Below are positions 47,768-55,686 of a stretch of 64,000 nucleotides of DNA, in pieces (the stretch's first letter is position 1; the number at the start of each line of letters is the position of its first letter). The DNA is from an uncultured Gammaproteobacteria bacterium. Its GTDB lineage: Bacteria > Patescibacteriota > Patescibacteriia > CAZGFX01. The notes below the pieces were generated by a model, which saw only the letters and a list, made by a program, of their open reading frames with translations, was not told the origin of the DNA and searched no databases. Both the position numbers and the translations under genes were made by a program. The stretch is taken from assembly GCA_964524845.1 (NCBI GenBank), contig CAZGFX010000001.1, positions 163,281 through 227,280 on the forward strand, written 5' to 3'.

Positions 47768-48325
47768 TTACTCCGGTTTTTCTTTGGTTTCAGTGCCGGG
47801 TATAATAGGTTCTGATCCATATATAAGGGCATGTGAAGACCAAAAAGAAACAGACTCTTCTTTTTCTTTAGGATCAAGACAACTATACGGTTCTCGTGGA
47901 GCACAATGACCAATAAAAGATGTTTGCAGTATAAAATCTTTTTCTTTTCTACTTAGAATAACAGTTATCGTATCCGTTGGTATTGCCTTTCTATTTTTTA
48001 CAAAACGAGTAAGTCCACGACGGTTTTGTCGTTGTGCAAATACAATTTCATCGGTATCGTTTGTTGGAATACAAACGCTTTCTCCTATTAATTTATCATG
48101 TTTTATTTCTTCTATAATATAATCTCTTCCATTAGAGTATATTTTTTTTAATAGATCAGAAATTATATTTTTCACGTTTTCATGAAGATGACTCCCTTCA
48201 ATAAGATCAAGAACTTTTTCACCTGAGCCCAAAAAACCAATTGTATATTTTGGCGCTTCTTTTAATTCATCTATATGACTCTTTGTTTTTTTTATATCCA
48301 AAGACATAATATTTATAATTAACAA
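47768..48325 (-). CDS. Hypothetical protein
   Basis: 185-aa ORF, first gene of the minus-strand run with the HD, NTase and Wzy-like genes. Confidence 0.45.
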   Translation of the reverse strand: MLIINIMSLDIKKTKSHIDELKEAPKYTIGFLGSGEKVLDLIEGSHLHENVKNIISDLLKKIYSNGRDYIIEEIKHDKLIGESVCIPTNDTDEIVFAQRQNRRGLTRFVKNRKAIPTDTITVILSRKEKDFILQTSFIGHCAPREPYSCLDPKEKEESVSFWSSHALIYGSEPIIPGTETKEKPE

Positions 48326-48394
48326 CTTAATAACTATATTATATAAAAAAATTAAAATCTCTGCTATTTATAAGCAGAGATTTTTTATAATTGT

Positions 48395-48420
48395 GGAGGT
48401 ACCGGGAATCGAACCCGAGT
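48395..48420 (-). other. Orphan tRNA 3' fragment (T-arm + acceptor 3' strand: CGGGTTCGATTCCCGGTACCTCCA), no matching 5' half
   Basis: Reverse complement of 48395-48420 is a canonical T-stem-loop plus acceptor strand. The upstream ~75 nt cannot form the rest of a tRNA. A bidirectional terminator hairpin (TCTCTGCT-atttata-AGCAGAGA) lies at 48354-48386. Confidence 0.6.
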
Positions 48421-48453
48421 TTTGAAAAAAACAACTTATTTCAGTTGTTTTTA

Positions 48454-48485
48454 TAAAAAAATCCCATTGCCTGTTTACAAGCAAT
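48454..48485 (-). terminator. Rho-independent terminator of the repeat-protein gene (CCCATTGC-N10-GCAATGGG followed by U-run on the minus strand)
   Basis: 8-bp perfect stem just past the stop at 48502, followed by ATTTTTTTAT. Confidence 0.55.
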
Positions 48486-48501
48486 GGGTTGTTAGATGTG
48501 T

Positions 48502-49110
48502 CTATACTTTTTTCATCATTCTTTCGAAAACGTTTTTTTCTAATTCGCTTCCTGATGGTGTTTTGTCATAGATATATCTTAATTCATCAAATGTTAATTT
48601 TTCAAAAAAACGTTCTGGCAAATCTTCATAGAAAACAACAGATGCTAATCCTAAGCCAAAGTTTTTTTTAAGCTCATTAAATTTTTCTCTCTTTTCATAA
48701 TCTGATTTATTTATATAAAGTGTATGTTTAAGTTTCATTATATTTTCTAAAGCAAGTCTATTTAAAACAATCCTGGATTTAGATTGATCGTAAACAAATA
48801 ACCACTCGTCAAATGTCTCAGCAAGCTCCGACATTTTTTCTAAAGCCAATTCTTTTAAAGATTTTTTAAATACACAATATTTGTAAATAAATTTCCATTC
48901 ATTAAATGTCTCAGCAAACTCCGACATTTTTTCTAAGGCCAATTCTTTTAAATCCCTTTTAAACCCAGAATATTTGTAAATCAACTTCCATTCACCAAAT
49001 GTTTTCTTAATCTCTGACATTTTCTCTGAAGCTTCTTTTTTCAAATAGCTTCCGGATTGAGATTTGCTATAAATCAAAAACCATTCATCAAAACTTTTTG
49101 TGTTTCCCAT
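48502..49110 (-). CDS. Small tandem-repeat protein (about five ~30-aa FxEWxxIYKYxxFKxxLKELALEKMSExAET repeats)
   Basis: Start trimmed to the ATG of MGNTKSF, which has a GAAGGAT RBS. The tracked TTG start (MVGKK..) lies inside the shared upstream repeat. Confidence 0.6.
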   Translation of the reverse strand: MGNTKSFDEWFLIYSKSQSGSYLKKEASEKMSEIKKTFGEWKLIYKYSGFKRDLKELALEKMSEFAETFNEWKFIYKYCVFKKSLKELALEKMSELAETFDEWLFVYDQSKSRIVLNRLALENIMKLKHTLYINKSDYEKREKFNELKKNFGLGLASVVFYEDLPERFFEKLTFDELRYIYDKTPSGSELEKNVFERMMKKV

Positions 49111-49233
49111 AATTATATCCTTCTTTTCTTTTTTAATTTTTTTTCCAACCAAGAATTGGCTGGTGTTTATTTTTCTTATTCACTCCCCGATCAGTATGAC
49201 CGATCAGGAAGTTGAAAGAAATTTAAAATAAAA
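49111..49233 (-). promoter_or_regulatory. Shared upstream module, copy 1 (direct CCGATCAG repeats, CCAAC..GTTGG palindrome, AT-rich block, RBS)
   Basis: ~85% identical to the modules at 49648-49765 and, in part, 49964-50078. Confidence 0.6.
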
Positions 49234-49647
49234 TTATTTCCAATTCCTTATTTGTCCGTCTGCTGTTTGATAAACAACAATACCTTCATCAGAAACACTT
49301 ATAATCTCTTCTATGTGTTTTTCTTTTGCATAATAACCATTGTTGTTTGTTGAAGATATTTGATATTTTTCGAATGATGTTTCTTTTTTTTGTGGCTCAT
49401 CAGTTCGAAAATCAAAAATAACCAAAGCATTATAATCTTCGCTTCTTCCTTCGCAACTTGCATATGGTGTTACTGAAATACCTTTATAAGTTGTGTACAT
49501 TCTGAGCTTAATAAAAGCCATATACTTTCCGTTTGGCGAAGCAGTAAAGTCGTTAGCAAGCCAAGTATCACAATGTGACACATCGCTTACATACAAAGAT
49601 TTGAAATATTTTAAAATTTCTTCTTTAAAATCTTCTAATGTTAACAT
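49234..49647 (-). CDS. Small hypothetical protein (137 aa)
   Basis: Start trimmed to MLTLEDF (AAAGGAG RBS 7 nt upstream); unrelated in sequence to its neighbours but shares the same 5' module. Confidence 0.55.
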   Translation of the reverse strand: MLTLEDFKEEILKYFKSLYVSDVSHCDTWLANDFTASPNGKYMAFIKLRMYTTYKGISVTPYASCEGRSEDYNALVIFDFRTDEPQKKETSFEKYQISSTNNNGYYAKEKHIEEIISVSDEGIVVYQTADGQIRNWK

Positions 49648-49765
49648 ATATTTTCTCCTTTTTTTCTTATTTAATTTTTTTCCAACCAATAAATAGTTGG
49701 TGTTTATTTTTCTTATTCACTCCCCGATTAGTATGACCGATCAGGAAGTTGAAAGAAAAATTATT
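49648..49765 (-). promoter_or_regulatory. Shared upstream module, copy 2 (contains the palindrome CACCAACTATTTATTGGTTGG)
   Basis: See copy 1. The palindrome CCAAC-N9-GTTGG is the best operator candidate. Confidence 0.6.
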
Positions 49766-49963
49766 CTAACACCAAGAATCCAAAAATATTTCACCAACAT
49801 GTGTGGTTTTATAATTTTGTATAATATTTTTTTCAGAATTCTTGTTTAAAAAAAACACATACGAGTCTTCTTCGTCAGACCAGTCAGGAAGGCCTTCGTT
49901 TTCTATTGATATCGCGTGTTCATTCCTTCCACAAACAGGACCATACCCGTCTTTGTTTTTCAT
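49766..49963 (-). CDS. Small hypothetical protein (65 aa) with an LPDWSDEEDSYVFFLNKN motif
   Basis: Start trimmed to MKNKDGYG (AAAAGGAG RBS); the motif is shared with the protein at 38269..38982. Confidence 0.5.
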   Translation of the reverse strand: MKNKDGYGPVCGRNEHAISIENEGLPDWSDEEDSYVFFLNKNSEKNIIQNYKTTHVGEIFLDSWC

Positions 49964-50078
49964 TTGTTTTCTCCTTTTTTTCTTATTTAATTTTTTTCCA
50001 ACCAATAAATAGCTGGAGTTTATTTTTCTTATAAAGTCCTCAATCGTTTTTAGCGATTGAGGAGTATAAAGTAAATAA
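49964..50078 (-). promoter_or_regulatory. Shared upstream module, copy 3 (partial; it diverges into a different hairpin CCTCAATCG-tttttag-CGATTGAGG)
   Basis: The first ~45 nt are identical to copies 1 and 2. The distal part is replaced by a 9-bp-stem hairpin that probably terminates the upstream gene. Confidence 0.5.
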
Positions 50079-50924
50079 TTATTTTTTTAAAATATTCACT
50101 ACCGCGTTTGCCAAATCACGCGGACTGACCTTCGATTCTGTCGTTGCAGGAGCTTTTCTCGAACCACGGCAGTAAAGAAATCCGGCAGAGTGAGCAAACC
50201 ACTCACTTTCTTCTCCTGCATTTTTGACCACGGCCTGAATATCAGGATGATCCATTCGCAGGTTTTCATCGCTATTTCGAGTAACACCGAGGTTGTTGCC
50301 ATCGACAAAAACGATTACACGAATATTCTTCTCTTCGAACAAGATTCCGTTCGTCGCAAATTCTTTCGAATTTTTGACAATTGCAACCATATTATCAATA
50401 ATCTCGGCTTTCTCAGCATCTTTCCTTGCTCTTTGACGAGCACGACCTGCGATGAGCAAACCGGAGAAGATTTCAGACATTCTTTCAACGACCATGGCGT
50501 CGTTGTTTTTATAAAACGCCTGAAACGCACGCAAAACAGCATTTATGGATGTCGCGCTAAATACTTTTTGCGAACAATCGTCCGCAATCTCAGGAGCGAG
50601 AAACTTTATTGCGTTACCGTAAGCATCTTGCGCGTCTACGAACTTAACCAGGTTTTCAAGTACCATCTGATCATCCGTTGACGCGTATTGTTTTACGATA
50701 CTCACGAAACTGGAATGCACTATACCTGAACCGGTTTTTTCTCCCTTTATTCCTTTTCCTCCTGCACCGATATCAACCGCAATATCATTTTCAGTCATTC
50801 CTGATCCGTCCCAGTTAGCTGGTTTGTGTTCAACCGCTGAATTTTTTTGTCCGGGAACGAACTCTCTTACCGCCCAGACGGACGCAACGGCGTCCAAATC
50901 AACGTTTACATGGGTAAATATCAT
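50079..50924 (-). CDS. Hypothetical protein with a DHH-family motif-I-like N-terminus
   Basis: N-terminus IFTHVNVDLDAVASVW resembles DHH motif I (HxNPDxDAxGS) of NrnA/PPase-type phosphoesterases. The other DHH motifs are not evident, so assignment is weak. Confidence 0.45.
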   Translation of the reverse strand: MIFTHVNVDLDAVASVWAVREFVPGQKNSAVEHKPANWDGSGMTENDIAVDIGAGGKGIKGEKTGSGIVHSSFVSIVKQYASTDDQMVLENLVKFVDAQDAYGNAIKFLAPEIADDCSQKVFSATSINAVLRAFQAFYKNNDAMVVERMSEIFSGLLIAGRARQRARKDAEKAEIIDNMVAIVKNSKEFATNGILFEEKNIRVIVFVDGNNLGVTRNSDENLRMDHPDIQAVVKNAGEESEWFAHSAGFLYCRGSRKAPATTESKVSPRDLANAVVNILKK

Positions 50925-50962
50925 TTTCTTCTCCTTTGTTTTGTTTTAAATATTTTTATTAA

Positions 50963-51118
50963 TTATGATTTATACCCTGTCGACACAATACTCAACTCAT
51001 TAGTTTTCTGACGGCGAAATTTACGGTGCGCCGTCTTTTTGTGCATGGATTTTACCTTTCTTGATGCGTGTTTGCACGCTTTACAATTACAAGATTTATA
51101 CGGATTAAAATTATTCAT
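50963..51118 (-). CDS. Possible small basic Cys-containing protein (51 aa)
   Basis: GGAGATAA RBS 5 nt upstream of the ATG; sequence MNNFNPYKSCNCKACKHASRKVKSMHKKTAHRKFRRQK..; below the ORF-track cut-off. Confidence 0.3.
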   Translation of the reverse strand: MNNFNPYKSCNCKACKHASRKVKSMHKKTAHRKFRRQKTNELSIVSTGYKS

Positions 51119-51320
51119 TCTTATCTCCTTTTTTTATTTTATTTTTCCTTTTTCTTGTCCATCCCTCAAATATTGCTTTTAAGGGATAAGAAGATAAAGG
51201 ACATGACTCTTTTTTTAATCTTCATATCAGTATATCAAGTAGTTTTATTTTGTCAATATTTCATAGCAATCTTGTGTTTAGGTCTATTTTCAGCGATTTT
51301 CTTACTATTTCTATATATAA

Positions 51321-51349
51321 TTGACAAACTTATCCACATGTTATATACT
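51321..51349 (+). promoter_or_regulatory. Near-consensus sigma70 promoter (TTGACA-N17-TATACT) for the TrmB-like regulator gene
   Basis: The tracked ORF begins at the TTG of this -35 box, which is why its first 17 codons are rejected as coding. Confidence 0.5.
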
Positions 51350-51371
51350 TCCTTTATATGAAAGTTCAAAT

Positions 51372-52145
51372 ATGCCAGTAAAAAAACACATTATTACACC
51401 TTCTGTTGAGGAGATTCTTATAAAAATAGGACTCGAAGAAGAGGAGGCTGTTGTATATAACTATCTTTTACAAAACCCGTGGAAAAAAGCGACTGTAATT
51501 GCAGATGATTGTTCTATTAAAAGAGGGTCTATATATAATATTTGCGATAGACTAGAAAAAAAAGGAATTATAATCACAAAACCTGATACCAAGGTAAAAG
51601 AATACAATGTAGCAAACCCGGAGAATCTTTCGTCTCTTATACATAATGAGGAATCTTTATTACAAATAAAAAAAGATTCTCTATCTGTTAATATTTCTTT
51701 GTTACATAATTTGTATAATAAAAACAACGGAGCTCCATACATGCACTATTTTCCTGGTATTAATGGAATTAGAACAGCGTTTGACATAATATTGAAAGAT
51801 AAACCAAAATTAATAAAAGAATGTTACGTATATCTTGATAACTATGATATCACTGATCTGTTTGTTAATTATTATGTTCCGAGAAGACAAAAAACACATA
51901 TAAAAACACTTCTACTTTCATATGAGGATAGCAAAACTGATAAAAAATATGATGAAAAAAACAATATTATTAGAAAAATATTACCAAAAAATAAAATACC
52001 ATTTGAAACATTTATGTTCGTGTATGATGATACGCTTATTCATTTTAATACGAATACTTTTATTGGTGCGACGTATATAAAAAATTCTGCTATTACGAAA
52101 AACATGCATATTCTATTCGATCTAGCTTGGAATTCTGCAAAATAA
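51372..52145 (+). CDS. TrmB-like winged-helix transcriptional regulator
   Basis: N-terminal HTH region (EEAVVYNYLLQNPWKKATVIADDCSIKRGSIYNICDRLEKKGII) typical of the TrmB family; C-terminal effector-like domain. Confidence 0.6.
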   Translation: MPVKKHIITPSVEEILIKIGLEEEEAVVYNYLLQNPWKKATVIADDCSIKRGSIYNICDRLEKKGIIITKPDTKVKEYNVANPENLSSLIHNEESLLQIKKDSLSVNISLLHNLYNKNNGAPYMHYFPGINGIRTAFDIILKDKPKLIKECYVYLDNYDITDLFVNYYVPRRQKTHIKTLLLSYEDSKTDKKYDEKNNIIRKILPKNKIPFETFMFVYDDTLIHFNTNTFIGATYIKNSAITKNMHILFDLAWNSAK

Positions 52146-52262
52146 GAAAAAATTAAATTTTGCTAAAAATTTAAATAATTCAAAGGATAGATCAAAAAAA
52201 ATTTGTACCAAAAAAAACGACTATACTAGCCGTTTTTAAATTGTCAGTTCAAATACTAAATA

Positions 52263-55214
52263 TTATTTCTCTTTTTTATTCCTGCTTTTTTCTTTCTCAA
52301 GAAGTTTTTTCAAGTACTGTCCTGTGTATGAATTTTTTATCTGTGCAATTTCAAATGGCGTGCCGGCACCTATAATTTCTCCGCCCTTGTTTCCTCCCTC
52401 CGGACCCATATCAATCACCCAATCAGAGCATTTTATGACATCGAGGTTATGTTCTATAACCAAAACAGTGTTTCCTTTATCAGCAAGGCGATGCAAAACC
52501 AAAAGCAAACGATTAATATCATCAAAATGAAGACCTGTTGTAGGTTCATCGAGCACGTACAAAGTACTACCTGTTGCGCGACGAGAAAGCTCTGTAGCAA
52601 GCTTAATACGCTGGGCTTCTCCACCGGAAAGAGTTGTCGCTGACTGGCCAAGTTTTATATACCCAAGACCAACGTCGTTTAACGTAACTAGTTTACTATG
52701 TATCGCTGGAACTGAACGGAAAAATTCCATAGCCTCCTCAACGGTCATGTTTAGAATGTTTGATATGTTCTTGCTCTTATAATAAATTTCGAGTGTTTGT
52801 GAGTTATAACGAGCTCCATGACACTCCTCACATTCAACATATACATCGGGAAGAAAGTTCATCTCTATCTTCACCAACCCATCTCCCTGACACGTCTCAC
52901 ATCGCCCGCCTTTTATATTAAAAGAAAAACGTCCAGGGTTATATCCACGCACCTTTGATTCCGGAAGTTCTGCAAAAAGATCACGAATCGGTGTAAATAA
53001 ACCGGTATACGTAGCGGGGTTTGATCTCGGTGTACGACCAATCGGAGATTGATCAATGTCAATAATTTTATCAATATGTTCAAGCCCTGTAATTTCTTTA
53101 TATTTTCCAGGTTCGTCGAGTGCTTGATAAAAATGCTGACGGAGTTTTTTTGATAATATATCAGTTATAAGCGTTGATTTTCCTGAGCCGGAAACTCCTG
53201 TCACACATACAAACTTTCCTAGCGGAAATTCCGCCGTGACATTTCTAAGATTGTGTTCCGTAGCTCCAATAATTTTCAAAAATTTTCCACTTCCATCACG
53301 AAGCTTCTTCGGCATCTCAATACGTTTTTTTCCGGAAAGATACTGTCCTGTTATTGATTTCGTGTTTTTCATTAGTTCCTCCGGAGTACTTGCGGCAATT
53401 ACCACGCCACCATGCTCTCCAGCACCAGGACCAATATCAACAACATAATCAGCTTCTAAAATAGTATCCTCATCATGCTCAACCACCACGACCGAGTTTC
53501 CAATATCACGAAGATTTTTTAGTGTTGCAATTAATTTGGTGTTATCTCTATGATGGAGCCCGATTGAAGGCTCATCCAGAATATAAAGCACTCCAGCAAG
53601 AGATGATCCGATCTGCGTAGCAAGACGAATACGCTGTGCCTCACCTCCTGACAAGGTTGTTGCCGCACGATCAAGCGTTAGATAACCAACTCCTACATTT
53701 TCTAAAAACTGTAGACGATTTATAATCTCTCTTAGTATTTGCTTTGCAATAAAAAGATCTTTTTCCTTCAGAGGAGTTATCATATATGATTGCAATTGTT
53801 CAATTGGGTTTTCGATACTTGGTGTACGAAGTTGTATTTCCACCTGCGAACCTCCATTACCAAGTGCTTTAAAAAACGCACCAAGCTCATCAATCGCGGA
53901 ATTACTTAAAATATCAATGGTTACTCCACCCACCGTCACCGCAAGCGCCGCTGGTTTAAGGCGTTTTCCATGACACGAAGGACATATAAATTCACGCATA
54001 TATTTTTCAATCTCCGTGCGTATATAATCAGAATCAGTGTCGAGATATCTACGCATAAGATTAGGAATTACTCCTTCGAAATTCGCTGCATACTCTCCTG
54101 AAAAACGTTCGCTATCAAACTCAATCTTGTACTGTTTTGTTCCAGTTCCATTAAGAATAATATCAATTTCTTTTTTTGAAAGTTTTGAAACAGGAATTAA
54201 TGTAGAAAAATTATGTGCTTTTGCGACTTCTTCGACTATTTTAAAATAATAACCTTGATTACTTGCAATCCTTGCCCAAGGACGAATCGCTCCTTCTGCA
54301 AGAGAAAGTTTTTTATTAGGAATGACGAGATCCGGATCTATAATCTTCTTTATTCCGAGCCCTGAGCATGTTTCGCATGCTCCGTGCGGACTATTAAATG
54401 AAAACATGCGCGGCTCGAGTGGCGGAAGCGAAATATTGTGTTTGAGACAAGTCAGGTGTTCCGAAAAAAGATAATCCTTATCTTCGTCTTGTACATTAAT
54501 GATTACAAGCCCGTTTCCTAGATCAAGTGCGGTCGCAAGCGAGTCGGAAATACGAGTATTCGTTTCCTTGTCGCCCTCGAGCCGCATACGATCAACAACG
54601 ATCTCGATAGAATGTTTTTTCTGCTTATCCAAATCGAGTTCTTTTGCGTCAGCAACTCTCATAATATCTTTGTCAACTCTTATTCGAATAAATCCGGCTT
54701 TCTCCATTTTCTCAATAATTGCTTTGTGTTCTCCTTTTTTATCTCTTACCATTGGAGCGAGTATTGAGATTTGTGACATTTTTTTGAGTTTCAAAATTTG
54801 CTTGTATATTTGTTCGTGTGTCTGTTTTTCAAGTATCGCATCACATTCAGGACAACGCTGGATACCAACGCGCGCATAAAGCAAACGAAGATAATCGTGT
54901 ATTTCTGTAATTGTACCGACTGTTGAGCGAGGGTTATGAGACGCGGTCTTCTGATCAATTGAAATGGCTGGGCTTAGTCCATCAATCTGATCAACATCCG
55001 GTTTATCCATCAAACCAAGAAATTGTCGAGCATAAGCAGAAAGTGATTCAACATAACGACGTTGTCCTTCAGCATACAGAGTATCGAATGCGAGTGATGA
55101 TTTTCCTGATCCTGAAAGACCTGTAAATACAACCAATTTATTACGAGGAATTTCCAGACTTATGTTTTTTAGATTATGAACACGAGCTCCTTTTATTACT
55201 ATTTTGTCTTGCAT
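52263..55214 (-). CDS. uvrA: Excinuclease ABC subunit A
   Basis: Two ABC modules ([20 protein letters not shown]), zinc fingers ([19 protein letters not shown]), ~984 aa from the [11 protein letters not shown] start. Confidence 0.95.
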   Translation of the reverse strand: MQDKIVIKGARVHNLKNISLEIPRNKLVVFTGLSGSGKSSLAFDTLYAEGQRRYVESLSAYARQFLGLMDKPDVDQIDGLSPAISIDQKTASHNPRSTVGTITEIHDYLRLLYARVGIQRCPECDAILEKQTHEQIYKQILKLKKMSQISILAPMVRDKKGEHKAIIEKMEKAGFIRIRVDKDIMRVADAKELDLDKQKKHSIEIVVDRMRLEGDKETNTRISDSLATALDLGNGLVIINVQDEDKDYLFSEHLTCLKHNISLPPLEPRMFSFNSPHGACETCSGLGIKKIIDPDLVIPNKKLSLAEGAIRPWARIASNQGYYFKIVEEVAKAHNFSTLIPVSKLSKKEIDIILNGTGTKQYKIEFDSERFSGEYAANFEGVIPNLMRRYLDTDSDYIRTEIEKYMREFICPSCHGKRLKPAALAVTVGGVTIDILSNSAIDELGAFFKALGNGGSQVEIQLRTPSIENPIEQLQSYMITPLKEKDLFIAKQILREIINRLQFLENVGVGYLTLDRAATTLSGGEAQRIRLATQIGSSLAGVLYILDEPSIGLHHRDNTKLIATLKNLRDIGNSVVVVEHDEDTILEADYVVDIGPGAGEHGGVVIAASTPEELMKNTKSITGQYLSGKKRIEMPKKLRDGSGKFLKIIGATEHNLRNVTAEFPLGKFVCVTGVSGSGKSTLITDILSKKLRQHFYQALDEPGKYKEITGLEHIDKIIDIDQSPIGRTPRSNPATYTGLFTPIRDLFAELPESKVRGYNPGRFSFNIKGGRCETCQGDGLVKIEMNFLPDVYVECEECHGARYNSQTLEIYYKSKNISNILNMTVEEAMEFFRSVPAIHSKLVTLNDVGLGYIKLGQSATTLSGGEAQRIKLATELSRRATGSTLYVLDEPTTGLHFDDINRLLLVLHRLADKGNTVLVIEHNLDVIKCSDWVIDMGPEGGNKGGEIIGAGTPFEIAQIKNSYTGQYLKKLLEKEKSRNKKEK

Positions 55215-55250
55215 AATTATGGGTGTAAATAGGGATAAACAATTGCACAC

Positions 55251-55686
55251 AGTTTACGCCATCTATTAACTACGTCAAGAGGCTTGTCTCGAGCGCGAAG
55301 CGCGAGAGACCTCATCAAGCGCGAAGCGCGAGAGACCTTCTCGAGCAAACCTTTTTAATGTCATCTCGACCGAAGGCGCCTGTCCTGACGGATGTCAGGA
55401 AGAGATCCCCAACACAGTATTATGACAAACATGTTTTAAAACATTCGTAATTTGTGTTCTCCTTTCTCGTAATTTCCCTCTCTCGTAATTCGTTCACCCT
55501 GTGAAATAAGATTCAAAACAGGTTGAGATTTTGTTTATAAATTAATCAAAAATAATTGATTAAACATATATAATAGTAAAAATTAATCCGAATCTTAATT
55601 TCAGAATGAAATTATTTCACAGGGTAAATTCGTAATTTGTGTTCTTCCTTCTCGTAATTTTCTCTTTTCGGTACTATACTTTCCAC
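55251..55686. promoter_or_regulatory. Divergent uvrA-uvrC control region with an inverted repeat, a 24-bp direct repeat, a hairpin, and five TCGTAATT(T) boxes in two inverted clusters
   Basis: Direct repeat gcgcgaagcgcgagagacct x2 (55300-55350); hairpin GTCCTGACGgatGTCAGGAAG (55380-55400); TCGTAATT at ~55447, 55469, 55484, 55631, 55653; inverted repeat CACCCTGTGAAAT / ATTTCACAGGGTA (55497 and 55614). Confidence 0.55.

Noticed and set aside
48395-48500. Complete tRNA or tmRNA on the minus strand at 48395-48500
   Set aside because: Only the T-arm and acceptor 3' strand are present. The upstream sequence forms two simple terminator hairpins and has no complementary 5' acceptor strand or anticodon arm.
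49111-50005. Shared MVGKK(L/I)NKKKRRK N-termini of the three small minus-strand ORFs
   Set aside because: They arise from TTG starts inside the repeated upstream module. Each gene has an in-frame ATG with an AAGGAG-type RBS 14 codons downstream, which is the more plausible start.
51068-51371. ORF 51068..51361 (97 aa, hydrophobic) and the TTG-initiated first 17 codons of ORF 51321..52145
   Set aside because: AT-rich low-complexity translation. Position 51321 is the TTGACA -35 box of a near-consensus promoter (TTGACA-N17-TATACT), so coding starts at the ATG at 51372.
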